From an archaeon (GTDB lineage Archaea > Asgardarchaeota > Thorarchaeia > Thorarchaeales > Thorarchaeaceae), in assembly GCA_024276825.1 (NCBI GenBank), contig JAJRWI010000071.1, forward strand, positions 1-54,734: a stretch of 54,734 bases of DNA, given 5' to 3'. Each line of letters starts with the position of its first letter. Positions within the stretch are counted from its first letter, which is position 1. The position numbers were made by a program, and so were the translations under genes. The notes under the pieces are model-generated. The model made no database searches and was not told where the DNA came from. It saw only the letters and a program-made list of their open reading frames with translations. Positions 28,167-38,144 of this stretch are shown piece by piece.

Positions 28167-28679
28167 CTAGGATGTTCTCATCCGCAAATAGAGTCGCTTC
28201 TTACATGCTAAGGGTCCTGCGTGAAGAATCTCCATGCCAACGGGTTCATCTATGATTCCTTCAAGCATACCACAGAGATATCCATTTGTGAGGTAGCAGA
28301 TTGGTCCACCTTGCTCCAGGCCATGTTCTGCAACAGCAGTTCTAATTGGACATTCTCTGATTATCACATCATATGAGGGCTGTCCATATTCATCTATGTA
28401 GGAATAAGTATCAGTGTCTTTGTGAATGCGTAGCTCAATAGACCAGACATCTTCATAGGCTTTATTCAGTTCATGGATTGCCTGAAGTAAATTGTTTGTC
28501 TTGGGCATGTCTTCAGCAAGGATACGGCCTTCTTCAACGCCAATATTGAAAATGATTCCTTTTGCTGAAGGACCCAGCAAATGCTCGATTCCCTTGTTAA
28601 TAGTAGTTAGTAGAGCTAGATATTGCTCCATCTTTCGCTTTTCTCGGTCTGTTGAATGAAGCATAGTCTTTGAGAACAA
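28167..28679 (-). CDS. V4R-domain protein
   Basis: FNIGVEEG, ECPIR, PICYLTNGYLCGML, distal Cys. Confidence 0.72.
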   Translation of the reverse strand: MFSKTMLHSTDREKRKMEQYLALLTTINKGIEHLLGPSAKGIIFNIGVEEGRILAEDMPKTNNLLQAIHELNKAYEDVWSIELRIHKDTDTYSYIDEYGQPSYDVIIRECPIRTAVAEHGLEQGGPICYLTNGYLCGMLEGIIDEPVGMEILHAGPLACKKRLYLRMRTS

Positions 28680-28840
28680 ATCAACAATATAATCAATTCT
28701 ATTGTGCCAAATTCAGTAAAAAGCACTACTTTGAATAAAATAGCGCTGGTTGAGGCTATTAATTTCGTTAGAAGCACATTGTATTTTAGGGGCATATACG
28801 TGAATTGTTATTATCAATCTGCGCGAGTGTGGCTTAGAAA

Positions 28841-29851
28841 ATGGCGAAAAAGATCTATGATACAATAATAATTGGCGGGGGACCCGCAGGCTGCTCTGCG
28901 GCACTTCACCTTGCATATCAGAAAAGAGATGTGCTTGTTCTTGATCGTGGAACATCGCCAATGCATTTTCACACGAACACAATTATGAACTTCGCTGGAG
29001 GATCAATGTATAATGAGGGACGAGCACTTCTTCGTCAGTTGAGTACAAACGCCAAAGCTGCAGGTGCCAAATTTCGAGCAGCCAATGTGACCAAGGTATT
29101 AGGCTCTTATCCTGAATTCATAATTCAAACCGAACCCAGTTATCGCACAAAAGACAAGTCAGTATATCGAGCAAGGACAATAATCTTTGCAACAGGAACT
29201 GCAAGAAAGCATCCGAGGGTTAATGGTAAATGGCGGTTATGGCTTCCAGTTGCCAATGTTGGCAATGGGGCATTTTATTGCCCTGATTGTGAGGCACCAC
29301 TCTGCCGTGGGAAGAGCGTATTGGTTATCAACACGGGTACCGTAGGCAGTGCTCTTCACATTGCTAATGCAGTCAGCAGGTTCACCAAGAAGATACACAT
29401 TCTAATGACCGAAGACGCCTACATCCCTATTGAAGAACAAGATCTTTCAAGACTTGACAATTCACCATTTTCATGGACGAGGGGAAAAATTAAGTCAATC
29501 TATTTTGGATTGCCAGGCAAAGTACAATCCGTTGAGCTCGAGTCTGGTAAGCGACTGAGAGCCAATGTGTTCTTTGTAGCATTTGTTGCAGAGCCTCGCT
29601 CAGAACTCGCTCAAATGATTGGCGTAGAGGTCGATGAACGCGGAAATATTATCACAGACAAGCGTGGAAAGACCAATGTTGAGGGTGTCTGGGCGGCCGG
29701 TGATGTGAGACCAATTACTCAACAGATTGCAATGGCTATTGGAACTGGAAACTATGCAGCATTGATGATCAACCAATTTCTTGGCAACAAGTATGAGGAG
29801 AAGGGTGAATTCGATCACCCTGAGATGCGAGAGATTCCATTCATGGAATAA
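28841..29851 (+). CDS. thioredoxin reductase-like FAD oxidoreductase
   Basis: GGGPAG, FATG, YCPDCE, GVWAAGD, QIAMAIGTG. The NAD(P)H-binding motif is atypical (NTGTVG). Confidence 0.82.
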   Translation: MAKKIYDTIIIGGGPAGCSAALHLAYQKRDVLVLDRGTSPMHFHTNTIMNFAGGSMYNEGRALLRQLSTNAKAAGAKFRAANVTKVLGSYPEFIIQTEPSYRTKDKSVYRARTIIFATGTARKHPRVNGKWRLWLPVANVGNGAFYCPDCEAPLCRGKSVLVINTGTVGSALHIANAVSRFTKKIHILMTEDAYIPIEEQDLSRLDNSPFSWTRGKIKSIYFGLPGKVQSVELESGKRLRANVFFVAFVAEPRSELAQMIGVEVDERGNIITDKRGKTNVEGVWAAGDVRPITQQIAMAIGTGNYAALMINQFLGNKYEEKGEFDHPEMREIPFME

Positions 29852-29885
29852 TACATTGCCACACATCAATTATGGATAAGATCGC

Positions 29886-29917
29886 CTAATCAAGACAGGT
29901 CTTTCCAGATTTTAACC
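29886..29917 (-). pseudogene. displaced original 3' end of iorB (GLKSGKTCLD*)
   Basis: Joins in frame to iorB at the GGTT core when the element is removed and the segment re-inverted. Confidence 0.65.
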
Positions 29918-30101
29918 GTTCTTGTAAATTGGACATTCTTGGACATCTCAGTCCCGTCCGCCCAGGAACGGCACTGGGCACATTTCAGACTTTGATCTCT
30001 GATGAGACTATTTAGACCCCTCTCAATCTTGCTGTATATCATTAGATGTTCTTTTGATTGGTGTCCAACTCTGTCCTAGCTCTATGCATCTACGCGCAAC
30101 C
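29914..30101 (+). mobile_element. ~185 bp non-autonomous insertion element, copy 1
   Basis: Reverse complement of 46219-46407 with 3 substitutions and 1 indel. Bounded by AACC direct repeats; has subterminal GGACA-repeat inverted motifs. Confidence 0.88.
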
Positions 30102-30936
30102 CACAAGCATTTTGATATGGACAAAGATTGGCTATATAGCGATGATAACAGCTTTGGTTGGCTTTTTTGTGGCTCTTGAGAGGATACTCCCATACGAGAC
30201 GCGCAATGTTTTTGTCTATCTTTGTATTTTATCAATAATTGTCACCATTTTCATTCCATTCGAATTGATGACTTATATAGCACTTTTTGCAAGTGGCCTT
30301 ACTTTTGTTATTCTATTGCTGTTTTTCATGCATTACTTTCGAATTACATCTAGCGAGATAAAGTCAGCAATGCGTTTAATTCTTGTGGGATTCGTTATTG
30401 GTTTTATTGCGTACATTGGAAGAAGTGATCTCATCTATTCCTCACTTGGGCCTGAATTCTAAACAATTGCCGCTTTACTCCTAGTTGTTGGACTACTCAT
30501 CCTCGGAACTGCTGCATTCGGTGGACCTGCACTTGACGAACTTGACTGGGACAATCAGTTGTTAGAGCTCTATGTTATTCATAACAATGGTTTATTGCTT
30601 TATTATCACGCATTTGTGCATACTGTTAATTTGGATGAGCATCTAACAGCTGCAGGAATTGCGGGCATTCAGTCTCTCCTTCAAGAAATTATTCAATCAC
30701 CTAGTGGACTAAGCTCATTGTCTATTGGCGAGATCAATATTATGTTCGCTCATGGTGAATGCTTCACTGGAGTGTTAATCACAAAACGGGCCTATCGTGT
30801 ACTTTTGGCTAAAATTAAGGACTTTGTTGAACTATTTCAAATTGTGCTCGGTCCCGACATTTAAGATGTAGTTGCATCTGTAAAAGAACTCACAGGCACT
30901 GAAGAACTAGTAGATTTAATTTTCACAACTGAATAA
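30102..30936 (+). pseudogene. 3' part of a split 7TM-longin gene with two premature TAA stops
   Basis: One frame runs through TAA 30460-62 and TAA 30862-64 to TAA 30934-36. TM helices are followed by a longin-like domain (DEHLTAAGIAGIQSLLQE). The N-terminus is at 46404-46627(-). Confidence 0.85.
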
Positions 30937-31052
30937 TTCCAAGTCTACTTAATGGGTGAATTAATTTTTGCTGAACACGAATCAGTTTTATTTGTATCAC
31001 AAGATATACTTTGCAAGGTACTATTCATAAAAAAGAGGTCAGTGAACAATAA

Positions 31053-32123
31053 ATGACAATTGCTTCAACTATCATGTTTTTGGCATCACTTGCGGAATTA
31101 ATTGCATTCATAATTTCATTTAAGGGTTATATACAAAAACGATACCCTCATTTCAAATACATGTCTGTTATCTGGCTCTCCTTATTCATGAGTAACTTTG
31201 TTTTAGGCATAGCCTATGTGACTATGGACTCTTCATTATATCGTATTGGGATGATACTCTCTGCTCCAATAGGTTTTGCAATGATGGGACTTGTTGACAC
31301 TATATCTCAAGAAAAGATTAGATACGAGAGCCTATTCATCAACTCTGTGATATTGACATCGTTTTTCATATTCATCTTAGAAGCAGGCTCAGTTGTGCAA
31401 AACACCACAATACTTGGTGAAACAACACTCGCTCTCAGTGGAAATGCCATGATTGCTACAAGTATTGTATTTCTCTATGCAGGTCTCCTTTGGGTCTTTT
31501 TTATGGCCAAGATTCACATTCATGCTCCAAAGAGTATCAAGAAAATCTCTAAGATCAATCTAATGGGTGCAATAATTGCAGCACCTGGATCTATCGTTGC
31601 ATTTAGCACTGGATTCATCTGGATCTTTCCTGGTACCGACTTCTTACTAATTGGAATAGGTGGAATTGCATGTGCTTATTCATTCCACAAACAGCCTAAG
31701 CTTGGATATGTTCTGCCATTCAAGACCTATCGCTTGATCTGTGTAAACTCTATCAGCGGCACATCATTCTATAAATACGACTGGGACTCACGTGGCATTG
31801 TGGATGAAGCTCTGTTATCGGGAGCATTGCAAGGTATCAGCCTAATCTTAAAAGAGAGTATTCAGAAGGGCGAAATTCAAGAAATCAGATTTGATGAGGG
31901 TATTCTCATGTTTCATAGAATTCCTGAAAACAATATACTGTTTGCCCTCCTCGTGTCAAAACCCAGTTCGATACTTAAAGAAAGCCTTGAGCATTTTGGA
32001 ACTACATTTGTCAAACAATATCACAAAGTCATCGAAAGTGACCTTGTTGATCTTAACGAATTCGCTGATGCTGATTTCATTGTCGAAGCGACATTTCCGT
32101 ATGTTCCTCAATACAGCTCCTGA
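31053..32123 (+). CDS. 7TM membrane protein with C-terminal longin/roadblock-like domain
   Basis: About 7 TM segments, then LICVNSISGTSFYKYDW...DEALLSGALQGISLILKE...F...F. Confidence 0.75.
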   Translation: MTIASTIMFLASLAELIAFIISFKGYIQKRYPHFKYMSVIWLSLFMSNFVLGIAYVTMDSSLYRIGMILSAPIGFAMMGLVDTISQEKIRYESLFINSVILTSFFIFILEAGSVVQNTTILGETTLALSGNAMIATSIVFLYAGLLWVFFMAKIHIHAPKSIKKISKINLMGAIIAAPGSIVAFSTGFIWIFPGTDFLLIGIGGIACAYSFHKQPKLGYVLPFKTYRLICVNSISGTSFYKYDWDSRGIVDEALLSGALQGISLILKESIQKGEIQEIRFDEGILMFHRIPENNILFALLVSKPSSILKESLEHFGTTFVKQYHKVIESDLVDLNEFADADFIVEATFPYVPQYSS

Positions 32124-32256
32124 CTCGATACATTATGAATATGTATCCTTTGAAATATAGCTATACTCCAAACTACCATTATAGTGGTCCAATTATTCAT
32201 TAATATGAAAGCTGGATTAATGAGTGTCAATATGAATCAAATGCATTTGATATGGA

Positions 32257-33696
32257 GTGATATTAATGAGTGTCCACCGTGATGATAAAAGAGCCTTCGG
32301 TGAACACTTGACACCAATTCAAATATTTAAGAAATACATTCTGCCAAATATCAAAAGTCATTTGAAAAATTACGTCTGGGTCGATCTTTTTGCTGGTGAG
32401 GGAAACCTGATCCTGCCCATTCTTGAATTAATCCCAATGAAACAACGAGCATCATTCTTTGAAAGGCATATGTTTCTATTTGACACCCAGAAAAAACAGG
32501 TTGAACTAGCAATATCCAATGCAGTAAATCTTGGAGTTCCTACGGATGTGGCCAATAATAACATACAACAAAGAGACACACTACGTGATTACCCTGATTT
32601 TTTGTTAAGCCTCGATAAGCCAATTTTCCATATAACTAATCCCCCCTACCTATACATAGGATACATAGTGAAACATAAAAGAACTCAGAAATACTTGGAT
32701 TATTTTACTGGCTGTAATAAGGGATATCAAGATCTGTATCAACTTGCATTAATGAATGACCTCAGACATAATATTTGCAACATGATATACGTGATCCCCT
32801 CAAATTTTCTGTTTGGTTCTTCAGTATCCAATAAAATTCGTATGGACTTTCTCAAGCACTATTTGATTCAGAAAGCTGTAATCTTTGAACAACGTATTTT
32901 TGAACATACAGGTACAAATGTGATTATCTGTTTTTTTAAAAGGAAACAACAGCCAAGGCATGAGAGTTTAAGATTTGAAGGAGTAAAGATTAACAATGGC
33001 ACAATGAAGAAGATCTATACTCTTAATCCAAATAGCCATTATCGTACAGGTGACGAGTTTAATCAATTCATAAGAACGTTTCAAACAGAGAAACCACTGA
33101 GAGTCAAGTTTTATCTGACTACCGAAGAAATTGAAGCGAATAGGGGTGACCACGAGGTTGAGGTGATTGATGCCAATGCTTTCAATGGTAATCAATACAT
33201 GAAAATGACAATTCGAGTAAACAAGGAATTATGTGAGAAGATCAAAGCCAACCCACTCTTCATCAGGACAGTAGATACAGGTAGCGTACAAGGGAGGGTT
33301 GGGCTATATTGTGTTCAGGATGTATTTGGTGTTGATGGAATTTTAGTGACCAAAGCCAAATATAGAACTCATCCAATACAAGTGTTCATAGAACCAGACT
33401 TGAAGATTGATGATCTTGTCCTGCTGAGAGATTACTTCAACCTGTTATTAGAGCACTTTCGACAAGAAACTGATAGTGAATTCATGACCACTTACAAATA
33501 CTCAAACAGTAAATACACGAGGAAATTCTTTGGTCTCACACAAACAAGGAAATTGATTGAAACTTTTCCTATACTTAGCATCACCGATGATGAGCAGAAC
33601 CACCTTGTTCGTTTGATTCAAAAAAGAAATACTGATGAACTAATCCAGTTTGTTATGGCAATAAATGAAATAGGAAAACTGGACAATTGGATCTAA
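32257..33696 (+). CDS. amino (N6A/N4C) DNA methyltransferase, motif I before motif IV, orphan
   Basis: VDLFAGEG (motif I), TNPPY (motif IV), YQDLYQL, VIPSNFL, IFEHTGT. Confidence 0.85.
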   Translation: MILMSVHRDDKRAFGEHLTPIQIFKKYILPNIKSHLKNYVWVDLFAGEGNLILPILELIPMKQRASFFERHMFLFDTQKKQVELAISNAVNLGVPTDVANNNIQQRDTLRDYPDFLLSLDKPIFHITNPPYLYIGYIVKHKRTQKYLDYFTGCNKGYQDLYQLALMNDLRHNICNMIYVIPSNFLFGSSVSNKIRMDFLKHYLIQKAVIFEQRIFEHTGTNVIICFFKRKQQPRHESLRFEGVKINNGTMKKIYTLNPNSHYRTGDEFNQFIRTFQTEKPLRVKFYLTTEEIEANRGDHEVEVIDANAFNGNQYMKMTIRVNKELCEKIKANPLFIRTVDTGSVQGRVGLYCVQDVFGVDGILVTKAKYRTHPIQVFIEPDLKIDDLVLLRDYFNLLLEHFRQETDSEFMTTYKYSNSKYTRKFFGLTQTRKLIETFPILSITDDEQNHLVRLIQKRNTDELIQFVMAINEIGKLDNWI

Positions 33697-33850
33697 GAAA
33701 CACGCTATCTGTTATCACAAACATAAGAAACGCTGAAGCAGTGTCGGAATCAACAGATCTTATTCATGTCATTCAAACGAATAAGAATCAAATCAATTGC
33801 TTTGAACCGCATAGTATTAAACCTTCATTTAGAAAGTAATTCAGATTACC

Positions 33851-34378
33851 ATGAGGCCCCCAAATTATGCACTACTTTTCATGATAATACTTGCATGCAT
33901 CATTCCATCAATTGCTAAAGGTAATGACTTCCATCCGAATCAGTATGGTCTAGCACAAGATACTCTGAGACCAACAATAGAATATTGGAACATTAGTGTT
34001 TCTGTCTATCAAGGATTGGATTTTGAGGTTTCAGCATATATCTGGGATTCAGAGTCTGGGGTTGAGAATGCCACACTTCATATTCGAAATTCTACTTCAT
34101 TCGAATGGATATATGAAATGATATTCAATGGGTCTCATTACGTGACAGCAGTTCCTGCCCTACAACCTGGTGATGTTTATCGGCTACAAATTCTTGCCTT
34201 TGATAAGGCTGGTAATTCAGCAACCTCATATGTGCGAACAATTGACCTTTCACAAACAACTACATCCATTCCTGAATGGGCCACCTTTCCGATTGTAGTT
34301 TCATCAAGTCTGACCTTCATGCTTGTGATAATAATTATTGCATGGATCATCAAAAAAAGGCAATCAGAGGCTGACTAA
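33851..34378 (+). CDS. secreted Ig-like protein with C-terminal TM anchor
   Basis: Signal peptide, DSESGVENATL, AFDKAGN, TM and KKR tail. Confidence 0.7.
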   Translation: MRPPNYALLFMIILACIIPSIAKGNDFHPNQYGLAQDTLRPTIEYWNISVSVYQGLDFEVSAYIWDSESGVENATLHIRNSTSFEWIYEMIFNGSHYVTAVPALQPGDVYRLQILAFDKAGNSATSYVRTIDLSQTTTSIPEWATFPIVVSSSLTFMLVIIIIAWIIKKRQSEAD

Positions 34379-34483
34379 TTTTTGCTTTGAACCAAAGGAT
34401 TGTTGTAGAATGGCGCAATTTCTGGATGATTCATCCATTATAATTAAAATACTTGCGAAAATGAAAATGATGGAGATGCATGG

Positions 34484-37243
34484 ATGTTCAAGTATGCTCT
34501 GAAGCGAGTTATTCGTGGATACAAGCTCTTTCTTGCTCTGACTATTGGTGTTCTGGTTGCAACAACATTTGTTTCTAGTCTTGTTGCTTCCGCTGACATT
34601 CAAACTATGAGTATAATGAATGAGGCTCTTGATAGGTTCACCTATGATGCTCGCATTCAGGCAAACAATGTCACATGGAACAATCAAGAGTGGGATGATC
34701 TTCAGGCAATAATGGAAAATCTGACTGAAGTTGATAACCTTGACCGCTACTCTTCAGTGCCTTATATGGTCAATTCTACAAAATTTAATGTGTATGGGAT
34801 TGAGCGGGACAGCGCAGTGTGGGACTCTTTCAGCTTATTGAATGGGAGTAGCAGTCTCAATGCGAATGAGACTTATGTGATTGCAAGCTCAGTCAATGCC
34901 TCTCTATTCTCCATTAATGACATTATCGAAGTGCCAATCGTATTGAAGACGACGACACCACCCTTTTATTCGACAACCTATGTCAATCTCACAATTGCGG
35001 GATTTGTTGAAATTTCCGAATCTACGGCATACCTTTTGAATCCCCCACGATTTCTTGACTTTGGATTTATTCAGATAGAGATAGGGAACTGGAAAGACTA
35101 CAATCTTCTGGTCACTGATTGGGACCTGACATTTCGTCCCTTAATCGAGTATTATTCTAACCTAGACAATGTCACTGGCATGCAGATGTCAATGGGATAT
35201 CTTTGCCAGTTGAATAGAGACCTTCTGGTCAACCCTTATGATGTGGGTGGCACTGCAACAAATATTGCAGACGCTCTCTCAAAGATTGAGGATAGAACTT
35301 CTCTATACAACACTAAAATCACAAATCTAGTCGGTCCAACTCTATCACTCTTGACATTGACATCAGGTGTCTTGATTCTTGCCTATGTTGCTCTCTCTGT
35401 TCCAATAATATTCATGAGCTGGTACTCGTCCACAATGCTTAGTGAGGTCACTTACAACTTACGAAGACGCGAGTTTGGCCTTCTACAGACCAAGGGCTTT
35501 GGGCCAGGGGTCATTAAACGTATGTTGACGTTTGAGGGTGTGATTGTTGGAGTAATTGCTGGTGTGTCGGGACTACTCATTGGGACATATTTGGCCCATC
35601 TGATCGCTGGAGTATCAGCTGAAGTGCCTATGATGCTACTATCAACCAATTGGGGAAATGCAATTGCTGTTATCATATTTGGTGTGATACTATCAGTCTG
35701 GTCAGTGCGAGGTCCAGCAGACAGGGCCTCAAAATTAGAGCCTCTTGAATGTCTGAAGCAGTATATTCTCGTTGAAGAACAGAGAGAATATCGAAAACTT
35801 CTGCCACGAATTGCTCTTGTCCTTGGAACATACAAGCTGATTGTATGGCTGCTCGGCATAAATATGAATCTACTGATGGTATCAGCTTTGCGGACAAGTT
35901 TCATTCTGTTTATCGCAATGATGATTTGGAGCCCAATTGATGGATTCCTAAACTTTGCAGGCCCAATCTTGTTTCTGTACGGCATAACAAAAATTACAAT
36001 TCGTGGATCTGAGAGTTTTCAGGCAGCGATCATGCGTGCAGGACGCAGATTCTTCGGAGCCTTTGGAGTTCTTGCAACAAGAAATGTCAAACGCAATCCA
36101 TCACGTAATGCGGCACTGGTCTTTGTATTGTCGCTTATTGTTTCTTACGGCGTTTTCAGCGTTGGCGGTCTCTTCAGCGATCAAGATAGAATTGTGAGAA
36201 CCTTCTACTATGAGGTTGGGTCCGATGTTAGTGCTGTATTCTCAGCAGGTACAAACATGACAAGTGTCATCACAACCATTAATGGTATTGATGGGGTTAA
36301 TGAGGTCACAATTGAATATCAGACCACAATGAGCACAACGCGGGGTGCTTTACCTGTTCGAGGAATAGATGCGGAAGAATGGCAAAAGACGGCTTACTTT
36401 GAAGAGGACTGGTTCTCAGGGCAGTCATTCAATGACATGTTTGACAACTTCACTGGCGATGTCATCATTCTCTCGGTGTCAGTTGCTAGGGACCTTGAAC
36501 TCCGTGTTGGAAACAAGGTCACCGTGAGAAATCCTGTTAACAGTGAGGTATATCAGCTTGAGATAATCGGACTTGTTGGTTATGTGAGTCCTCTTGAGGA
36601 GTTTGTTGGACGATTTACTTTTACAGGTTCTTATCCCTCCTATGTTCCATTTGATTTTCTCAACAGAACAGGCATCACTGATGTTTCAGAAGCTCATGCC
36701 TTGATTAAGACAAGTCCTGGAGTCAACGGTACAGTAATAGAGGATGAGATCACCTCGCGGTTTCCCGATGTTCAGGACACCGACTCGGTCACCTCTCGAC
36801 TTGCTGAGGCCGAGGGGATATCTTATCAGGCTGCATCGATCAGGGCCCGATGGCTTGGCATAATTTTTGCTGGTGTACTTGCAATAATTGGTTCAGGACT
36901 TGTAGTGGCACTAACATTGAAAGAGAAAGAGTATGAAACTGTTCTTTTGGCTGTTCGTGGATTCACCAGAGGTCAGATTCTCAAGGTCCTCTTTGGTGAA
37001 GTCATGATTATGGTGCTCTTTGCAATGATTCTGGGAACTCTGACTGGATTCATTCAGCTATTCGGGGACCTAGCCAATACGAGTCAGAACCTGCAATCAT
37101 TAGTGAGACCTAGAATTGTAATGGACCCCATGTCTCTTCTGGGGATGATGTCACTCGTTATTTGCGTGTTTCTTTCATCCTTAATTCCAGTGCTTTTTGC
37201 ATCACGACTCTCTGAGGAGCGGATCAACATTCTTCGTGAGTAG
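34484..37243 (+). CDS. ABC exporter permease, tandem FtsX/MacB-type
   Basis: Two large extracellular domains with many N-x-S/T sequons, RRREFGLLQTKG and KEYETVLLAVRG FtsX motifs. Confidence 0.88.
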   Translation: MFKYALKRVIRGYKLFLALTIGVLVATTFVSSLVASADIQTMSIMNEALDRFTYDARIQANNVTWNNQEWDDLQAIMENLTEVDNLDRYSSVPYMVNSTKFNVYGIERDSAVWDSFSLLNGSSSLNANETYVIASSVNASLFSINDIIEVPIVLKTTTPPFYSTTYVNLTIAGFVEISESTAYLLNPPRFLDFGFIQIEIGNWKDYNLLVTDWDLTFRPLIEYYSNLDNVTGMQMSMGYLCQLNRDLLVNPYDVGGTATNIADALSKIEDRTSLYNTKITNLVGPTLSLLTLTSGVLILAYVALSVPIIFMSWYSSTMLSEVTYNLRRREFGLLQTKGFGPGVIKRMLTFEGVIVGVIAGVSGLLIGTYLAHLIAGVSAEVPMMLLSTNWGNAIAVIIFGVILSVWSVRGPADRASKLEPLECLKQYILVEEQREYRKLLPRIALVLGTYKLIVWLLGINMNLLMVSALRTSFILFIAMMIWSPIDGFLNFAGPILFLYGITKITIRGSESFQAAIMRAGRRFFGAFGVLATRNVKRNPSRNAALVFVLSLIVSYGVFSVGGLFSDQDRIVRTFYYEVGSDVSAVFSAGTNMTSVITTINGIDGVNEVTIEYQTTMSTTRGALPVRGIDAEEWQKTAYFEEDWFSGQSFNDMFDNFTGDVIILSVSVARDLELRVGNKVTVRNPVNSEVYQLEIIGLVGYVSPLEEFVGRFTFTGSYPSYVPFDFLNRTGITDVSEAHALIKTSPGVNGTVIEDEITSRFPDVQDTDSVTSRLAEAEGISYQAASIRARWLGIIFAGVLAIIGSGLVVALTLKEKEYETVLLAVRGFTRGQILKVLFGEVMIMVLFAMILGTLTGFIQLFGDLANTSQNLQSLVRPRIVMDPMSLLGMMSLVICVFLSSLIPVLFASRLSEERINILRE

Positions 37244-38137
37244 GTGAATAAAATGGTGAGTTATATCGAGACAAAAGATCTTGTGAAGATTTACAAACTT
37301 GGCAATGTTGAAGTTCAGGCCCTACGCGGCCTATCAATGAAGGTAGAGCAGGGAGAAGTCATCTCAATTGTTGGACCTTCTGGATCTGGAAAGACCACTC
37401 TGCTTAACATACTGGGCGGTCTTACAAAGGCAACCGCTGGCCGAACATGGATCGAGGGAAAAGAGATCACCAATGCCACACCGGGCCAATTAGGATATCT
37501 CAGACAGAGAATGGTCGGTCATGTGTTTCAGACCCTCAATCTGATACCTACACTCACTGCCTACGAGAATGTTGAACTTCCAATGCTTGCTATTAAGATG
37601 CCGGCATCTCAACGCAAGAAACGTGTGGAGGAACTATTGAATGCAGTAGGTCTTGAATTGCGTATGAAACACAAACCAGATGAACTGAGTGGGGGTGAAA
37701 AGCAACGTGTTGCCATTGCAGCTGCTCTGGCTAATGACCCTCCTATTCTGATATGTGATGAGCCTACTGGAGACCTTGATACAGACACTGGAGCGAAGAT
37801 CGTCCGCTTTTTGTTAGACATCAATAAAGAGATGGGCAAGACCATTATTATGGTGACTCACGATCCTGGAATAGCCCGTCTAACCGACCGAATCTATCGA
37901 ATCATGGATGGCAAAATAATCTCAATTCAAAAACCCAGTGAATCTGAAGAGTCTAATGTACAAATGATGGTCCAAATGTACAAAGACAGACTTGCTGAAA
38001 CCAATGCCGAACTTGAGGAGCTTCAAGTTTTGTTCAATGAGAAACGAATTAGTCCTGAACACTTTGCAGAACGCTGGCACAACCTGAAACAGACCAAGAA
38101 GTTTCTGGAACTTGAATTGCACAGGATGGGGTTCTGA
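37244..38137 (+). CDS. ABC transporter ATP-binding protein (LolD/MacB type)
   Basis: GPSGSGKTT, LSGGEKQRVAIA, DEPTGDLD, VTHD, C-terminal coiled-coil extension. Confidence 0.93.
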   Translation: MNKMVSYIETKDLVKIYKLGNVEVQALRGLSMKVEQGEVISIVGPSGSGKTTLLNILGGLTKATAGRTWIEGKEITNATPGQLGYLRQRMVGHVFQTLNLIPTLTAYENVELPMLAIKMPASQRKKRVEELLNAVGLELRMKHKPDELSGGEKQRVAIAAALANDPPILICDEPTGDLDTDTGAKIVRFLLDINKEMGKTIIMVTHDPGIARLTDRIYRIMDGKIISIQKPSESEESNVQMMVQMYKDRLAETNAELEELQVLFNEKRISPEHFAERWHNLKQTKKFLELELHRMGF

Positions 38138-38144
38138 TAGTCCA

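Noticed and set aside
29999-30030. CTGATGAG in the insertion element, suggesting a hammerhead ribozyme
   Set aside because: No stem II followed by GAAA on the same strand.
14310-37260. Several in-frame TAG junctions (dsrE/dsrF 14318, permease/ATPase 37243) suggesting pyrrolysine or readthrough
   Set aside because: TAG-GTGA simply forms the AGGTGA Shine-Dalgarno of the next gene. In-frame adjacency is expected by chance one time in three, and there are no pyl genes in the window.
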